Positions 25,457 through 39,104 of a stretch of 64,000 nucleotides of DNA are shown here, in pieces. The notes below the pieces were generated by a model, which ran no database searches, was not told where the DNA came from, and saw only the letters and a program-made list of their open reading frames with translations. Source of the stretch: Camelus ferus (Eukaryota). Positions within the stretch are counted from its first letter, which is position 1. Each line of letters opens with the position of its first letter. The stretch spans positions 58,530,001 through 58,594,000 of the forward strand of contig NC_045696.1 in assembly GCF_009834535.1 (NCBI RefSeq), in the 5' to 3' direction. The position numbers and the translations under genes are program-made.

Positions 25457-25614
25457 GGGGGGAGGGTATAGCTCAGTAGTAGAGTGCATGCCTAGCATGC
25501 ACGAGGTCCTGGGTTCAATCACCAGTATCTCCATTAAATAAATCAATGAATGAATAAATTAATAAACCTGATTACTCCCCACTAAATAAATAAATAAACC
25601 CAAAAACAACAGTA
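25457..25614 (+). mobile_element. tRNA-derived SINE (Vic-1-like, camelid type)
   Basis: GGGGGGAGGGTATAGCTCAGTAGTAGAG A-box head, GGTTCAATC B-box and A-rich tail. TSD caagagtggccatcc (25441-25455) / caaaaatggccatcc (25615-25629). Confidence 0.88.
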
Positions 25615-26854
25615 CAAAAATGGCCATCCCTTATTTGGCCATCAAAAGCTTAAGTTTCTTTAATTATAATACAAAATATTGTTTGGATTCTTCGGTAAGG
25701 TAAACTTGTATACTTTATAAGTGTTATTCCTATAATCTGTTCAGTTATCAAGTGGCTTTATGCTTGAGGCCCATATTAAGGATTTCTTTTTTCCTTAGAG
25801 GACAGTTCCGCCTAACATACTGCTCAGAGAGGGTGCAGAGGTAGGGAGGGAGGGATGCAAAACATGACTGATTGGTAAACCAGTTGGATAGATTTTTAGA
25901 TTGTGAGGTTGTTTTTTCCTCCAGTGATAGAAAATTTGGTATTGGTACTTTACAAAGAAATTAGTTTTTTATTTTCGTATTAAAATCTCAAGGAAATTGA
26001 TTGGGAGACCAAGCAGTCACCTTGGGCACAAAAGAAACTGAAGAAAATGTTATCCTATATTAGCATTTTCTACTGAACTTGAGGAATAAATACTTTTTGT
26101 GAAATATGGGTTTTTGTGAATTGTCTGGGAAGCTTTTCCGTTGTAATGGCTGAATATAAGTTGCAAAGATTTAAGCTCTTCCTTATATTAATGTTCCACC
26201 TCATTAACTTCATTGTTAGGGCTTTTACACTTCAGTGATTTAAATAAAACGATCTAAATGTAGTTCTGTTGTCCTCTCTTTCCCTCTCTCTCCTTTCTGA
26301 GGTTTAGATTGATTATGTATTTAGTTTTGTGTTTTCATTTAGACTCTATTGTTAATTCTGTTAACTGCAGGAGGATGATGAAGGGAAGCTATTGTATATC
26401 TAAAGGTCTTATGCTCTGAAGCCCTGACAGATAAGGGAATGTGTTTGTAAAATAAACCGGTCACTTCAGCTAGTGTTTTAGTATTTTTACCTTCAAGTGG
26501 TCTTCAGAGACCAGGAACCTCATAACTATAAAAGTCCATTCTCTTGTAGAGTTCAGATTAGTTATTATATATGAGCTTTAACATCTGTCTCATGGTATTT
26601 ATGGCCCTGGAACCCAGATAAGGGAGAACTTTGCTTAAAAGCAAGCTGTTTGTCTTTAAAAATGTTTTCTAAGCATTTTCAGAAAAAGTAGGAATTATGC
26701 AGTGTGTTTCTGAGCAAAGTCACCTTTGCAAACGGTAGACATATTTAGGCAGTTAGGTTTTTTCCTATATGATTTACTGCCAAATATGAGCACTCCTTAG
26801 CACTGTGTACCCAAAATGCAAGTTAGGTGTCTTTATTAAAAATGTAGAGAAAAA

Positions 26855-26960
26855 CTGTTCACTTTGGCAGCACATATACTAAAATTGGAAAGATACAGAG
26901 AAGATTAGCATGGCCCCTACACAAGGATGACATGCAAATTCATGAAGCATCCCATATTTG
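26855..26960 (+). pseudogene. U6 snRNA processed pseudogene
   Basis: Full-length match to U6 (ggcagcacatatactaaaattggaa...acagagaagattagcatggcccct...). A-tail at 26961-26969. TSD core gtagagaaaaa at 26844-26854 and 26970-26980. Confidence 0.96.
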
Positions 26961-27202
26961 AAAAAAAAAGTAGAGAAAAAGAAGTTAATTCAACTTGAGT
27001 TCAGGGGAATGAAGCTGTCATCTTGTCAGACATTTTGCATTTTAAAAAATATTTATTACTAAGATACATATATTAAATAATTTTATGATGATTCGTCTAT
27101 ATTTGACCCATTTAAATTAAGCAGTGAGTTTCATTTTACATAAGTGTAGGTATTAATGTGAGATACTCATGTTCATTTCTAACTATTTGTTTTATTTTTC
27201 AG

Positions 27203-27319
27203 CTCACCAGAGGCTGGAAACCAGCAACTCTGGCAGGGATTGTGGCATTTATCCTTAGTCTTTTATGTGCAGCTCTGAATCTAATTCGAGGCTTTCATGC
27301 CATAGAAAGTCTCCTGCAG
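27203..27319 (+). CDS. SEC22A: SEC22A exon 5 (first transmembrane segment), with an apparent +1 frameshift
   Basis: Acceptor tttttcag| and donor |gtactg. Starts (A)HQRLE; the continuation [33 protein letters not shown] is in the next frame. Length is 117 nt, but the flanking phases require 3n+2 (116). Confidence 0.93.
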
Positions 27320-29539
27320 GTACTGTGCTATTTTTGCAATTTCAGGTGACTGTGCCTTTTGATTCTACTTGTTACACGATTGATTTGAATTGATTTGGGT
27401 ATTAGTACAACTTATAATGCATGGTCAGATTTTGTATTCTTTATACCTACTCTAGTTTCCCCTCTAAAAACAGGTTTCTTGTTGGCTTCTTTGGCTTAAT
27501 TAGCACATACTTATTTATTATCTCCATTGCAGGAGGCATTGTTTAGAGGTATTCTGGGGACACCAAGGTATGTGTGACATGGGCTCTGCAGTCTCAGACC
27601 CCAGAGCTGAATTGGGGAGGTAAAGAAGGCCACAAGTAAATGTCAAGTACAGAAGGTCTGGAAGGGGAGCAGTCATTGTGAGGGAGAAGGAAGCTCATGG
27701 AGGGGGGGTGGGCTGGGCCAGGAAGGATCTGAGTGGACAGAGAGGAATAGAAGGAAGAAGAGGGTGTTTGTGGACAGGATTTTGTCCTATCTCTGGGTGG
27801 TCCTACTTATCTGCTCTTTTTTCGTTTTTGTTGGCGGCTACCTGTGAAAACACTCATTTTCTTCAGATATTGCCAACTATTTTGTTTTCCAGTTGAGTTT
27901 CTTCTAGAGACTACAGCTATCAGAATATACTTTTTCTCTTATTCTTTTTGTAAACTTTTGAAACTTCCTTTCTTAATGTTAAGCACATTTCAGCTTTCCT
28001 TTTCCTATTTCCACTTTTCTCTGAAGATTTTTTTTTTTTGACACTTCCACATTGTAAATTAGTTCTCTTTTTTTTGGGAGGGGGCCAGCATTAGGCTAAG
28101 AGTATCATTTGTAAAAACCCGCTCAAGACACCTTATATTGTGTTTTTAAATTGCTGTTAGTTTGGGGAATACGCAAGAGAGTGCCATTCTGAGTACTTTC
28201 TGAATATCCTCAGTTGTGTGACACTAATAGCAGAGAACATTACAGGTTCCAGGCAACTGAGCTGTCCCTTGAGGGGGTTTGGGGTCTACTCATGACTTCC
28301 CAGTTCCTTTCCAGAAGATCCTGGGCCTTTAGGTAAAGCCCCTCTTCCCTTTCAGGCACAGGACAGCTGGCTACTGTCTATTGGCATTCCTGCCCCTGTT
28401 CCGTAGCCAGTTCAGCTTTATTCCAGCAGGAGTTCAGTTTCGAGCCAGTTAAACAACCTGCCAAAAGAAAAACAAAGGCAATTTGGAGACTGCCAAGTGA
28501 AAAAGCTAATAAAAAAGGTCCTCTTTGCCTTTTTTTTTTTTTAATGTGATGTAGTGGAAAGAAGAGTAGCATAGGTATGTGGAGAGTTGATTTTTATTTG
28601 TGGAAGAAAGAAGGAGGGTTGGCTCCATCTCAGCTTCTGATTAGTTCTATGACCTTGAATAGCTCACCTTACTTTCTGGTCGTCAGCTTCATTGCTTATG
28701 AAATGAAGGAGAAAGGTGGATTTGATGAGTATTTCTCTAAGTATAGGACACATTTACCTCTGGCTACACAACAGATGACTAGGTAGTAGAAGGGTAAACA
28801 TTTTTAGTTTTAAGGGTTAATGTATTTAATGTATATTAATGTATAATGTCTCTTTGGTAAGGGATACTAGTTTCGATTAATGATAGTGATATAAAATTTT
28901 CCTTTTAAAAGAAATTAATTTTAATAAAAAGTGACCTTTATGAAATACCTTAATAAATAATGGTATAATTAGTATTTAAAGTTGGCAAAAATTGTGAATG
29001 TGGTACTCTGAAGTTAAAATTCTATTGTTAAAAAAAATTCTCTGGTTGTTTGAAATGAGCAGATTAATAAATAAGGGGCAGGAGCAGGCCTGGGTAGAGA
29101 GAAGCAGAGCCTTACTACCTCTGACTTGGAAGACAGTACATAAGTTGGGGAACCTGTGGTTTAGGCCACATTACTTGTAAGTTAAAATTGAGGAAAGCTG
29201 TCCATATTTCACAAAACCTTTTAACGGGTGATTTTTTTCAGGCACTCATATCTTATCCCTCCTCTTCCTAGACTGATTCTTTCCTCTGATTCACAACTTC
29301 AAAACTAAGCAAAGTAGTTTAAACACAGCTTTTCATGCTTTTAAACCACTATCCCTGGCTAATGTTTGCCTTGATTCCTAAGTGTTTCATGTTCTCTCTC
29401 TGGTTAGTAATGTCTGCCTCATCGTATTTGAGGTTTTCAGAATACTAATCTGATTAAACTAATTACCACTTTTGTGTAACTGACTGATAGTGCTAGATTT
29501 CTCAGCCTACTTACATTTTAAAAAGACCACCGTTACTGT

Positions 29540-32160
29540 CCAGTATCTCTCATGAACACATATGCAAAAATCCTCAATAAAATATTAGCAAATTGAATCC
29601 AAAAATGTATAAAGAAAGAATTATATACCAAAACCAAGTGGGTTTTATTCCAGGTATGTAAGGCTGATTCAACATTTGAAAATCAAATTAGTGTAATCCA
29701 TTATATCAACAGGCTAAAGGAGAAAAATCATATGGTCATATCAGTAGATGCAGAAAAAGCATTTGACAAAATCATGATAAAACTCACAGCAAACTAGGGA
29801 TAAAGGAGAACTTCCTCAACTCGATAAAGAATACCTACAGAAACCCTACAGCTAACATCATACTTGATGAAAAACTAGATATTTTCTTCTAAAGATTGGT
29901 AACAAGACAAGAATGTCCCCTATCACCACTCCTATTCAACGTTGGAAGGCCTAGTTAATGCAATAAGACAAGAAAAGAAAAGATACACAGTTTGGGAAGG
30001 AAGAATGACAGGGATGACATGATTGTTTATGTAGGAAATTCAAAAGAATCAGCAAACTCCTGGAACTAATAAGTGATGACAGCAAGGCCATAGAATTCAC
30101 GTCAGTTGATTTCTTATATATCATCAAGGAACAATTGAAATTTGAAATTAAAACTACAATTCCATTTATATTGGCACCACCCAAAAATGAGACACTTAAT
30201 AAATCTAGCAAAATACGTTCTAGATCTTTATGGGGAAACTATAAAACTCTAAGAAAAGAAATAAAAGATCTACCATGTTCCTGGGTAGGAAGACTCAGTA
30301 TTGTTAAGATGTTGTTTCTTCTCGACTTGATCTGTCGTTTCATCAACAATCCCAGTCAAAATCCCAGCAAGTTATTTTGTGGATGCTGACAGTGATTTTC
30401 AAGTTTATGTGGAAAGGCAAGCCCAGAATAGCCAACACAATACTGAAGAAAAAGAACAAAGTCAGAGGACTAACACTATTCAACCTTAAGATTTACTATT
30501 AAGCTCTAATTAAGACAGTGTGGTACTGGCAAAAGAGTAGACAAGCAATTCAGTCAGTGGAACAGAATAGAGAGCCTAGAAATACATCCATACAAATATG
30601 ATCAACTGATCTTTGACAGAGGAACAAACAATTCAGTGGGCAAAGAATTCTTTTCAACAAATGGTGCTGGAACAGGTGGCCATCCACATGCAAAAAAAAA
30701 AAAAAGTCTAGAAATAGATCTTAACTCCTTTCACAAAAAATTAACTCAAAATGGATCACAGACCTAAATGTAAAACATAAAACTATAAAACCTATGAAAG
30801 GTAACAGGAGAAAACCTAGATGATCTTGGATTTGGTGATAAATTTTTAGATACAACATCAAAAGTATCCATGAAAGAAAATCGTAAGTTGGACTTAATTT
30901 AAAAACTGCAAAGGACATCAAGAGAATGAAAAAGATAAGCCACAGGCCAGAGGAAGGTATCTGCAAAACACACTTGACAAAGGGCTTATATCTAAAAACA
31001 TACATGGAACTCTAACACTAAAGAAAGAAAAAACCCAATTAAAAAATGAGCAGAAGAACTAAACACAGACATCTCAGCAGAGTAGATATGCAGGTGGCAA
31101 ATAAGCATATAAAAATGCTCAACATTATAAGTCATTAAGGAAATGCAAATCGAAACATCAGTAAGATACCACTAAACATCTATTAGAATGGCAAAATCCA
31201 AAAAACTGACAATACCAAATGCTGGTGAGGAAATGGAACAATAGGAACTCTCATTCATTGTTGGTGGGAAATCAGAATGGTATAGTCACTTTGGAAGACA
31301 GTTGGGCTGTTTCTCACAAAGCTAAACAGATTTACCATACGATCCAGCAGTCATGCTCCTAGGTATTACATGAGTAGTCCCATATGAGTAGAAAACTTCT
31401 GTCCACACGAAAGCTTGCACATTAATGTTTATATCAACTTTATAATTTCAAAAACACTGGACAGAATTAAGATGTCCTTCAAAAGGTGAATGGATAAACA
31501 AACTTCAGCAAACCATACAATGGAATGTTATTCAGTAATAAAAAGAAATGAGCTGTCAGGCAAAAAAAGACATGGCTAAACCTTAAGTGCATATTGCTTA
31601 ATGAAAGAAGCCAGTTTGAAAAAACTACGTACTATAAGATTCCAACTATATGACATTCTGGAAAAGGCAAAACTTTCAAGACAGTAAGTGAAAAGATTAG
31701 CGATTGCTAGAGGTTTGGAAGAATGGAAGAAGGAAGGGATGAATAGGAGGAACGTGAGATTTTAAGGGCAGTGAAACTGTTCTGAATGTTACTGAAATAG
31801 TGGTTATGTCATTATATATTTGTCAAAACCCATAGAATGTACAACACAGAGTGGGCCTTAATGTAAACCATGGACTTTAGTTTTTTTTTTTTAATTGAAG
31901 TATAGTTGGTTTACAATGTTGTGTTAATTTCTGGTGTACAGCATGGTGATTCAGTTATACATATAATGAATTTTAGTTAATAATAATGTGTCACTATTGG
32001 CTCATCAGTTGTAACAAATGTACCACGTTAATGCAAGGTGTTAATGATAGAGAAAGCTGTGAGCAGGGGAAAGTAGGTATATGGGTACTCTCTGTACTAT
32101 TATTGGCTTAATTTTCTGTAAACCTGAAACTGCTCTAAAGATAGCAGTCTATTAATTTAA
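29540..32160 (+). mobile_element. 5'-truncated L1 (L1MC-like 3' end)
   Basis: ORF2 RT text from gcaaaaatcctcaataaaatattagc. 3' end ttccaactatatgacattctggaaaaggcaaaact...tgtcaaaacccatagaatgtacaaca. Confidence 0.88.
31881..31965 (-). mobile_element. Very short L1 3'-terminal insertion nested in the L1MC tail
   Basis: Poly-T then aattgaagtatagttggtttacaatgttgtg. Flanking near-duplicate atggactttag (31870-31880) / atgaattttag (31966-31976). Confidence 0.8.
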
Positions 32161-35100
32161 ACACACACACACATACCAGCATTAAAACAAAGGCCAGAAA
32201 GGGAGAAGCATTCTCTGGGCATTGATGTTGCAATAGGTGTGGCTCCACTTAGTTAATAAGTTCAGCCTGTTACACCCAGCCAGCTCCATTTAACCATTTG
32301 TTAAAATAGTGGATGGGGCTTTCTCTTCTAATGGAGGGGCTTAGCGTTCCTGTTCACACAGGCCAGGTGGGGACCTCAGAGCACCAGCCAGAGTGGAGCC
32401 TGGGTTCAGGGATCTGATTCATGTTTTATGGTCAGATGTACAGTTTTGTGCCCTCTGACAAGGGCCATGTGAAAGCCAATGGATGCTTGTATCTTTGAAG
32501 ATGTATCTTTCTGATGGTTGATATGGAATTCTCTTTTTCATTGTCCTCCTAGACTAAATTCACCCCAACATCATTTCTTCCTCACTTGACTTAGAGAGCT
32601 ATAAATTGGTCCATGTGGGATTTTTAGTATCTGGAAACTAGGAAAACCTGCTTATGTTGTTCCCTTAGCATTATTTTAAGTCTTTGATCTGCTGTAACCC
32701 ACATGCATTCTCAGTAGTTGAGGTTCCTAAAGCAGTGATGCTCTAAGAGAGGAGTGAGGAAACAAGAGTGCAAAGATGAGGGGCATGTAGTCCACAAATA
32801 GTTTGTCACTCGTGGGTAGTTTTAAAGTATTTTCCAGTAAATTCTGACCCTCTCACGTAAATGAGAATCATTGCTTTAGGAAATTCACTGGACCAAAAGT
32901 AGAGATTCCTGTTCTAGTTACTGGGGGGTTTATATCTGTACAGAGAAAAATGTTCTGATAAATGACTGATTCTGGGAGATGTTTTTTTCTTGTCTTGTTA
33001 TGAGAATAATGGGGGGTTACTCTGTAGCCCTGGATTCCATGTTCTAAAAGATTGAATGGACAATAAGCAAACGAAAGGAGAAAATGAAATGTCAGAATGC
33101 AGAATGTACTGTGATAAATTTAGAACCGAAGCAGGGGAGGATTAAGGGTGCAAACTAGATTAGTTTCAACAAGTACATCCTTTATAGCCTGGATTAACCT
33201 GAGAGAAAATATATATAAAATTAGGGACCTGAGATCTCTTGCTTTTAATTTTCCTTCATTAGCTTCTATTTTATTATTGTTCATGATCTATATTGGTTAA
33301 AATGTCCTTTTTATTCTCACTAAAGCCATTGAACTTAGGACATACACTTAGCTTTCTCTCTGGCTCATCGTATTTTGTGTTAGGAATAATATCTAGAGTC
33401 ACTATAGATAATTTTTGGTCAATAAAGTAGATCTTTTTGAGGTGGTTTGTTACGTAGGCTTGAGTGCAAAATCCAGGATATGGGACTTAAACTTTTATGT
33501 TCTGAAGTTACCTGTAGTGGAGTTACTCAAATCTTGGTGATAAAGGAGGCAGAAAGACAGTAGCGAGATTAAGTGGCCTCAGCATTTCTTTAATACTTGA
33601 CTTAAGAGCAGAGGATTTATTTGGAGATCATATTTTTAGATCTAGCTAAAAATGTGTAGTGTATTTCCTGAATATGAGCAATATATCGATATTAAAGTTT
33701 GCTTTTTTTTAAGGCTGTGAATTCTAAATACTCTTCTCGAATGCTAAAAATGATAGCCATGTTTATCTTCTGGTATGTAACTTGGTGCCTGAGGCACATT
33801 TAAATTTGAGAACCCATGTGAATCAATATTCCTGTATATTGTTAATGTTTGAAGATTCAGCACAAGCTTGTTTCTTCTAGATTAATAGCTGCCTCTTAGG
33901 GCAATAACAAACGATTTATTTAAAATACCAAGTACTGGAGTTTTTCTTTGGTATCTAAGTTCAGACTAGGGACGTTTAGGGTGAATGTAGTTTTTTTTTT
34001 TTAAGTTGTAAATTTGATTTGGTATTCACAGTAATGTGTAAGTTAGATTTTTTCACTCATTTCCATACTTTGTTCTGAGTTTAGAGATGTTAATAAGTTT
34101 ATTGTGAATTGGCACCTCACAAATGCATAAGCTTTTATCACATTGGGTTTATATTGCCTATGTTCCTTTAAGGATCAACCTTGAAGCAACGATATTAATT
34201 AGGCTGATGCCAACCTAGAAGTAATTTGCATGTGATGCATTAGAAAAAGTATTGAGAATTCTGATACAGCAGTAGAAATGCTGACCTGGAAGACAGAATA
34301 CCTGGGTTGCACCTGCCAGTAACTAACTTTATGACATTGGATGGGTTACTTTACCTTCTTGGATCTCATTTTCCTATTCTGCAAGAGGAAGGCTTTACAC
34401 TACATATACTCATGGACCACTTCAGTACTAGTGTTCTAAGACCCTCTGATTCTAAAATTGTAATGGCTACTACAAAACAGAAGTAATCCACTTGCTTTTG
34501 TTTTTTGAGTTCTTTATTTCCCATAGATTTGTTGATACCTCTTAAAGAAATTACATACCTATTAAAGCTCAAAGGAAGTTTTGATTTATTTAGTGGCATA
34601 ATATTTATGCTAAGATGCAGTGCTTTCTTTCTTTCAAAAGAAATAAAAGTATTTTTCCTGAGTTCTATTTTCATATATGGGGAAATATATAACGAAGAAA
34701 AAAATTACCCCTAATTTTTCTCTGTATTTTATTAATATATACTGTATAGACACACATATACTTGTATACATATCATATACATTATGTAACTTTGTGCCCT
34801 TTTTTCGTTTAAGATTAAAAAGTGAATGTTTCCCAATTACTGCAAACATTTAAATAGTGTCATCCTAATACGTTGTGTGGCTGTTATATGAAGCTTCTGC
34901 TTACCTCTTCATCCTCACCTTAAAAAAATATTCTTTTCCTTTATTTGTCAGTTTTCAAAGCAATATGTTGGTACCCTAGCATCCTCTGAAGGTCAATGTG
35001 ATTTTTTAAAATCTGACTCCTTACCTCTGCCCTTATTTCCTCACCCCACCTTCATCCGTGCTCCAGTCCACCCTGCTCCCCACCGCGCTCCCACTTCTGT

Positions 35101-35199
35101 CCTCTCTAAACCTCTGTTCCATATTTCCTCAAGCTCTAGCTAGTCCCTCACCTACATTTCATCTGCTTCCTCTCTACTGGCTTTATTCTCTCAGCTCGT

Positions 35200-37200
35200 A
35201 AACATGATATATAGCCTGCTGGTCTCTAAAAAATAAGCAAACAAAAAAAAACCTAAAAAAACCTCTTGATGTATGTTTCCTTCTAATATTTTGAAAACAT
35301 AGACTATGTTTGTTGCCCCCACTCCCTTACCTCTATTCTCTTAGTCTGCTGTGATCTCTTTCTGCCGTATAATTCTTTCAAACACTGACCATTAAGTTCA
35401 CTAGTGTCCTTCTGGTTGTCACATATTGCAGCCACTCTTGAGGCCTTGTTTTGTGTGTCCTCTCTACCTCATCCCACAAACTGTTCAGTTCTTCCTCTTA
35501 AAAATAACTCATTGTTTAATTTAAAAAATAATGTTTATTTTAGAAAACTTAGAAGCAAATAAATCACTGTTAATAGTGTGATGTGTTACTTAACATTCTT
35601 TTTGAGATTATCAGTTCCATGGAACAATTCCCTTCAGTTCCATGAAAGTTTTCTCCTGTTGTATTTTCTCCCTTTCTCTTCCTGTTCCTCAGTTTATTTG
35701 GTAAACTTTCTTCCTCCACCTGTCCTTTAAATAGTGGCGTTCTCTGGTGTTGTGTCCTTGGCTTTATATTCTTCTAACTCTACACCTTCTCCTTGGATAT
35801 TTTCAAAATGATTTTTAGAAAAGTTAATAGATGTATATCCACAGACATCTAGAGTCATGCATACACACAGTAAAATGTGTACATGGTAAATTTCAAATCC
35901 TGTAATTTTCAGTAAGTAATTCTCTTCCCACTTCTCCCCAGAGTCAACCACTGGTGTGTCCTTGTAGAGAGATAATGTGTATATGCTAGTGCATATCTAC
36001 TTATATATTTACTTACGTAATTGTTCTCTTAAAATTACTCTTTGTAATAAGTATATATAAGTATACTATACATACTGATTTGCATCTTTTTTCACCTAAT
36101 AATATGTAGATCATTTCATTTGAGCATGTAGAGATTCTTTTTAGTGACTGCATAGTATTTTTTCATTTGTTTTCCCATTTTCCCCCACTACACAACATTT
36201 TATTTTGAGAGAATTCAAACTTACAGAAAAGTTTTTAAAACTTAATAGTAGACATAATTAACAGCTACCTGTATACCTACCTACCTACCTTTCTTTCTCT
36301 ATTCATTTTCTTTTTTTTTCTGAATCATTTGAAGTAAAACTAGGTATTGTGACAGTCCAAAATTATTCAATATGTATGTCTTAAGGACTAGGACATTTTC
36401 CTACATAATCACAATACCTTTATTACACCAAAGAAATTTAAGATCAGTGCAGTATTATCTAATATAAAGTCTATATTCAAATTTCACAATTCAAAATTGA
36501 CCCCAAATAATCCTTTATAGTGTTTTTTCCTCTCTCTGATCTAGCAGCCAATCAAGAATTAAGCTTTGCATTTGGTTGTCATAGTCCTTTCTTTCATTTA
36601 ACTACTATTTAAATTCATGACTACTAAACTAGATCTCTAGGTTAAACTCTTCCCTGAAGCTAACTTAAATGTCTACTAAGCATAATTATTTGGCTGTCCC
36701 ACTAGCAAGTCCAAAATAGCGTGTCCAAGATGAATTCTATTTTTTCTGTGCTCAAAACTACTTTTCCTCCTATATTCCTAACTTAATGAATGGTATCTTT
36801 CCAACTTGCCTAAACAGGAGACCTTGGAGTCATCCTAACCTCTTCCTTCTTTGAAACTGCACAAGCTATGTCCTTGGCCTGAATTCTCTTCCTACCTTGT
36901 CTACCAGTTCATCCATCAAGATGCAGATTAAGCTTTACTTCCTCTGGCAAACTTTCCCTGATCCTTTTTTTCTCCAGGCAGAATTAGCAGTGTCCTCCAG
37001 TATGTTCCCTTAGTACCCTGTACACACATCTATCCCATCAGTTACTACTTCGGGTAGGAATTGTTGGTGTCTGTATCTGCCTTCCTGATTAGAGGGTGAG
37101 CTTCTTGAGTTGGTGTTGACTTGTTTTCTATTCTTGGTCTAGAAATGCAGTACTTGGCCCGTAAGTGTTTAATGAATGAGTATTTATTGAATGGAAGAAT
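35200..37200. mobile_element. L2 fragments interrupted by old antisense L1 3' fragments
   Basis: L2-like pyrimidine-rich body ending aatgaatgagt near 37180. L1ME-like text at about 35800-36600. Confidence 0.55.
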
Positions 37201-39038
37201 ATGTTTATAGACATTCTCTTTAGCAAGTAGAAATAAAGATTTTTCAAAGTTCAGCTCAATTTGGCATGCATTTGTTGAATCCTACTATGTGCACATGCAA
37301 GTTTCATGCAAGTAGTAAGTTTTATTTTCTGCTTTGAAGAAAGGTTAGGATCTAATTGAGAAGACAAGGCCAGCACTTTAGAGGTTTAAACAATACTAAA
37401 GGTAACCCCAGTTATCTGATGAATAATGTATACAGTAACCTCTGGGAGAGAGAAGTTAATGTTTTTGAATACTTACTGTGTGTCAGTTACTGTTCTTTGT
37501 ATTTGCAAATGTTATTTCATTGAATCTCTGATTGACTCCAGAAACATACTCTTAAGTGTTCCAAAGGCAATTAAGAGAGTTATAAAGTGATGGTGTAAAT
37601 TTAGGGGAAATATAATATTCAATTGTAGGAAAATAATTACATTATTGTATTTCCCCACCATTAAAGGTTATATAATTATTACAAATTAAGTGGCTGAGAA
37701 ATATTTAGTATCTTGAAAACATGTTTATGATATAATGTGGAGTACAAAAAAAGCAGTATGTAAAAGTATGGTTCTATTTTTTTTAATGTACATGTATTTT
37801 TGTACAGAAAGGATTAGAAGGTGGTACATAAATGGGTAGCTCTAATTCTCCCAAAGTTGTGGCATTATGGACTATATGAGCTGCTTCTTTGTAACAATCT
37901 GTTCCATATTCTCTACAATGAACATGAACTTTTATAATTAAAAAAAATGATTTAAAGGACTAAAGGAAAACAATCAAGCAGAACTTATTTAAAGCCTTAG
38001 AATTATTAAAGTAGAGCAGTTTTATGTTGACCTTTCCTACCTCTGGGATAGAACTGGCCTAACCAGATAGTTGAATGGTTTCTATTTTAAGATCATCTCA
38101 CTAGGATAAGCCACTCTCCCTCTGCCTTACAGGCACTTTCTTGCCCAATAGCAAATGGAAAAGGAATTTTCTCTTTATATTATTTTGTGAAGACATGGTC
38201 ATGAGAGACAGTCCCATGTCTTGTGTAAATTTTTATTGTATAAAGATATTTTTCCTGAAATAAGGACCACATTTAATGCTCCTACCTGGAAGAATAATTT
38301 GATAACTCCCGCTTGGGTTTCATGTTCTACTTTGTAAAAACATTCAGATAAATGATACATATAGATATTTAAGAGGAATCAAAAAGGAATAGAAAAAATG
38401 GGTTGTATATGTCTCTATTAGTTTTCTTTTAAAAGAAGTATTTTATTCATGATCTCTCTCTGGTTTTCCTCTGGGCGCTATTTTTCTAACATAGTGTGTT
38501 ATGACTGACTTTCCTCGTTGGGATTTAGCACACTCTAGTGGGCAGTAGCTTCTCAATTTTGGTTTTTTGTTTTGTTTTTTTAATCATGCCAAATGACTTC
38601 ATTGGACAATTCAGTGATACACTTACTAGATGGTAAAGTTTGTCAATATTTATTTGAGTCAAATAGTAATCCTAGCTAGCAGGCCTAACTTTATAAGCCA
38701 CTGGGGTGTTGTACTTTTTTATGTGGTTTCTTTAGTAGAGAGGGGAGAGTCTTTTTATGTTACATGAAAACTTGTTTCCATTGACTTTCATCTTCTCTTG
38801 GATAAAATATAATTGATGGTGAGGCCCAGATAGAAGAACGCTGGTAGTCTTCCTCTGTATCACACTCCCTGGTTATTATATTTTATGTTTCTATTTTAGG
38901 ACTCGAGATTTTTATATGCCACTTTGTGAAAATTTTTACCATTTGTGCATAAATGCTGTCATATTCTATCCCAATGGTTGCTTTTGGAAATTGGCTTCCA
39001 CTAAAAAAAAAAAGTAATTTCTTATTTTGTTTTTACAG

Positions 39039-39104
39039 AGTGATGGTGAGGATTTTAATTACATCGTTGCGTTTTTCCTTGGAACAGCAGCCTGCCTTTA
39101 CCAG
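39039..39104 (+). CDS. SEC22A: SEC22A exon 6
   Basis: Acceptor ttttacag| and donor |gtaggt. Translates [22 protein letters not shown]. 66 nt, phase 0-0. Confidence 0.95.

Noticed and set aside
25457..25530. Possible tRNA gene
   Set aside because: The tRNA-like head continues into a SINE tail with TSD and recurs three times, so it is a SINE.
27158..27349. 63-aa ORF as an independent small membrane protein
   Set aside because: It is intron sequence fused to the post-frameshift frame of SEC22A exon 5, with a non-ATG start.
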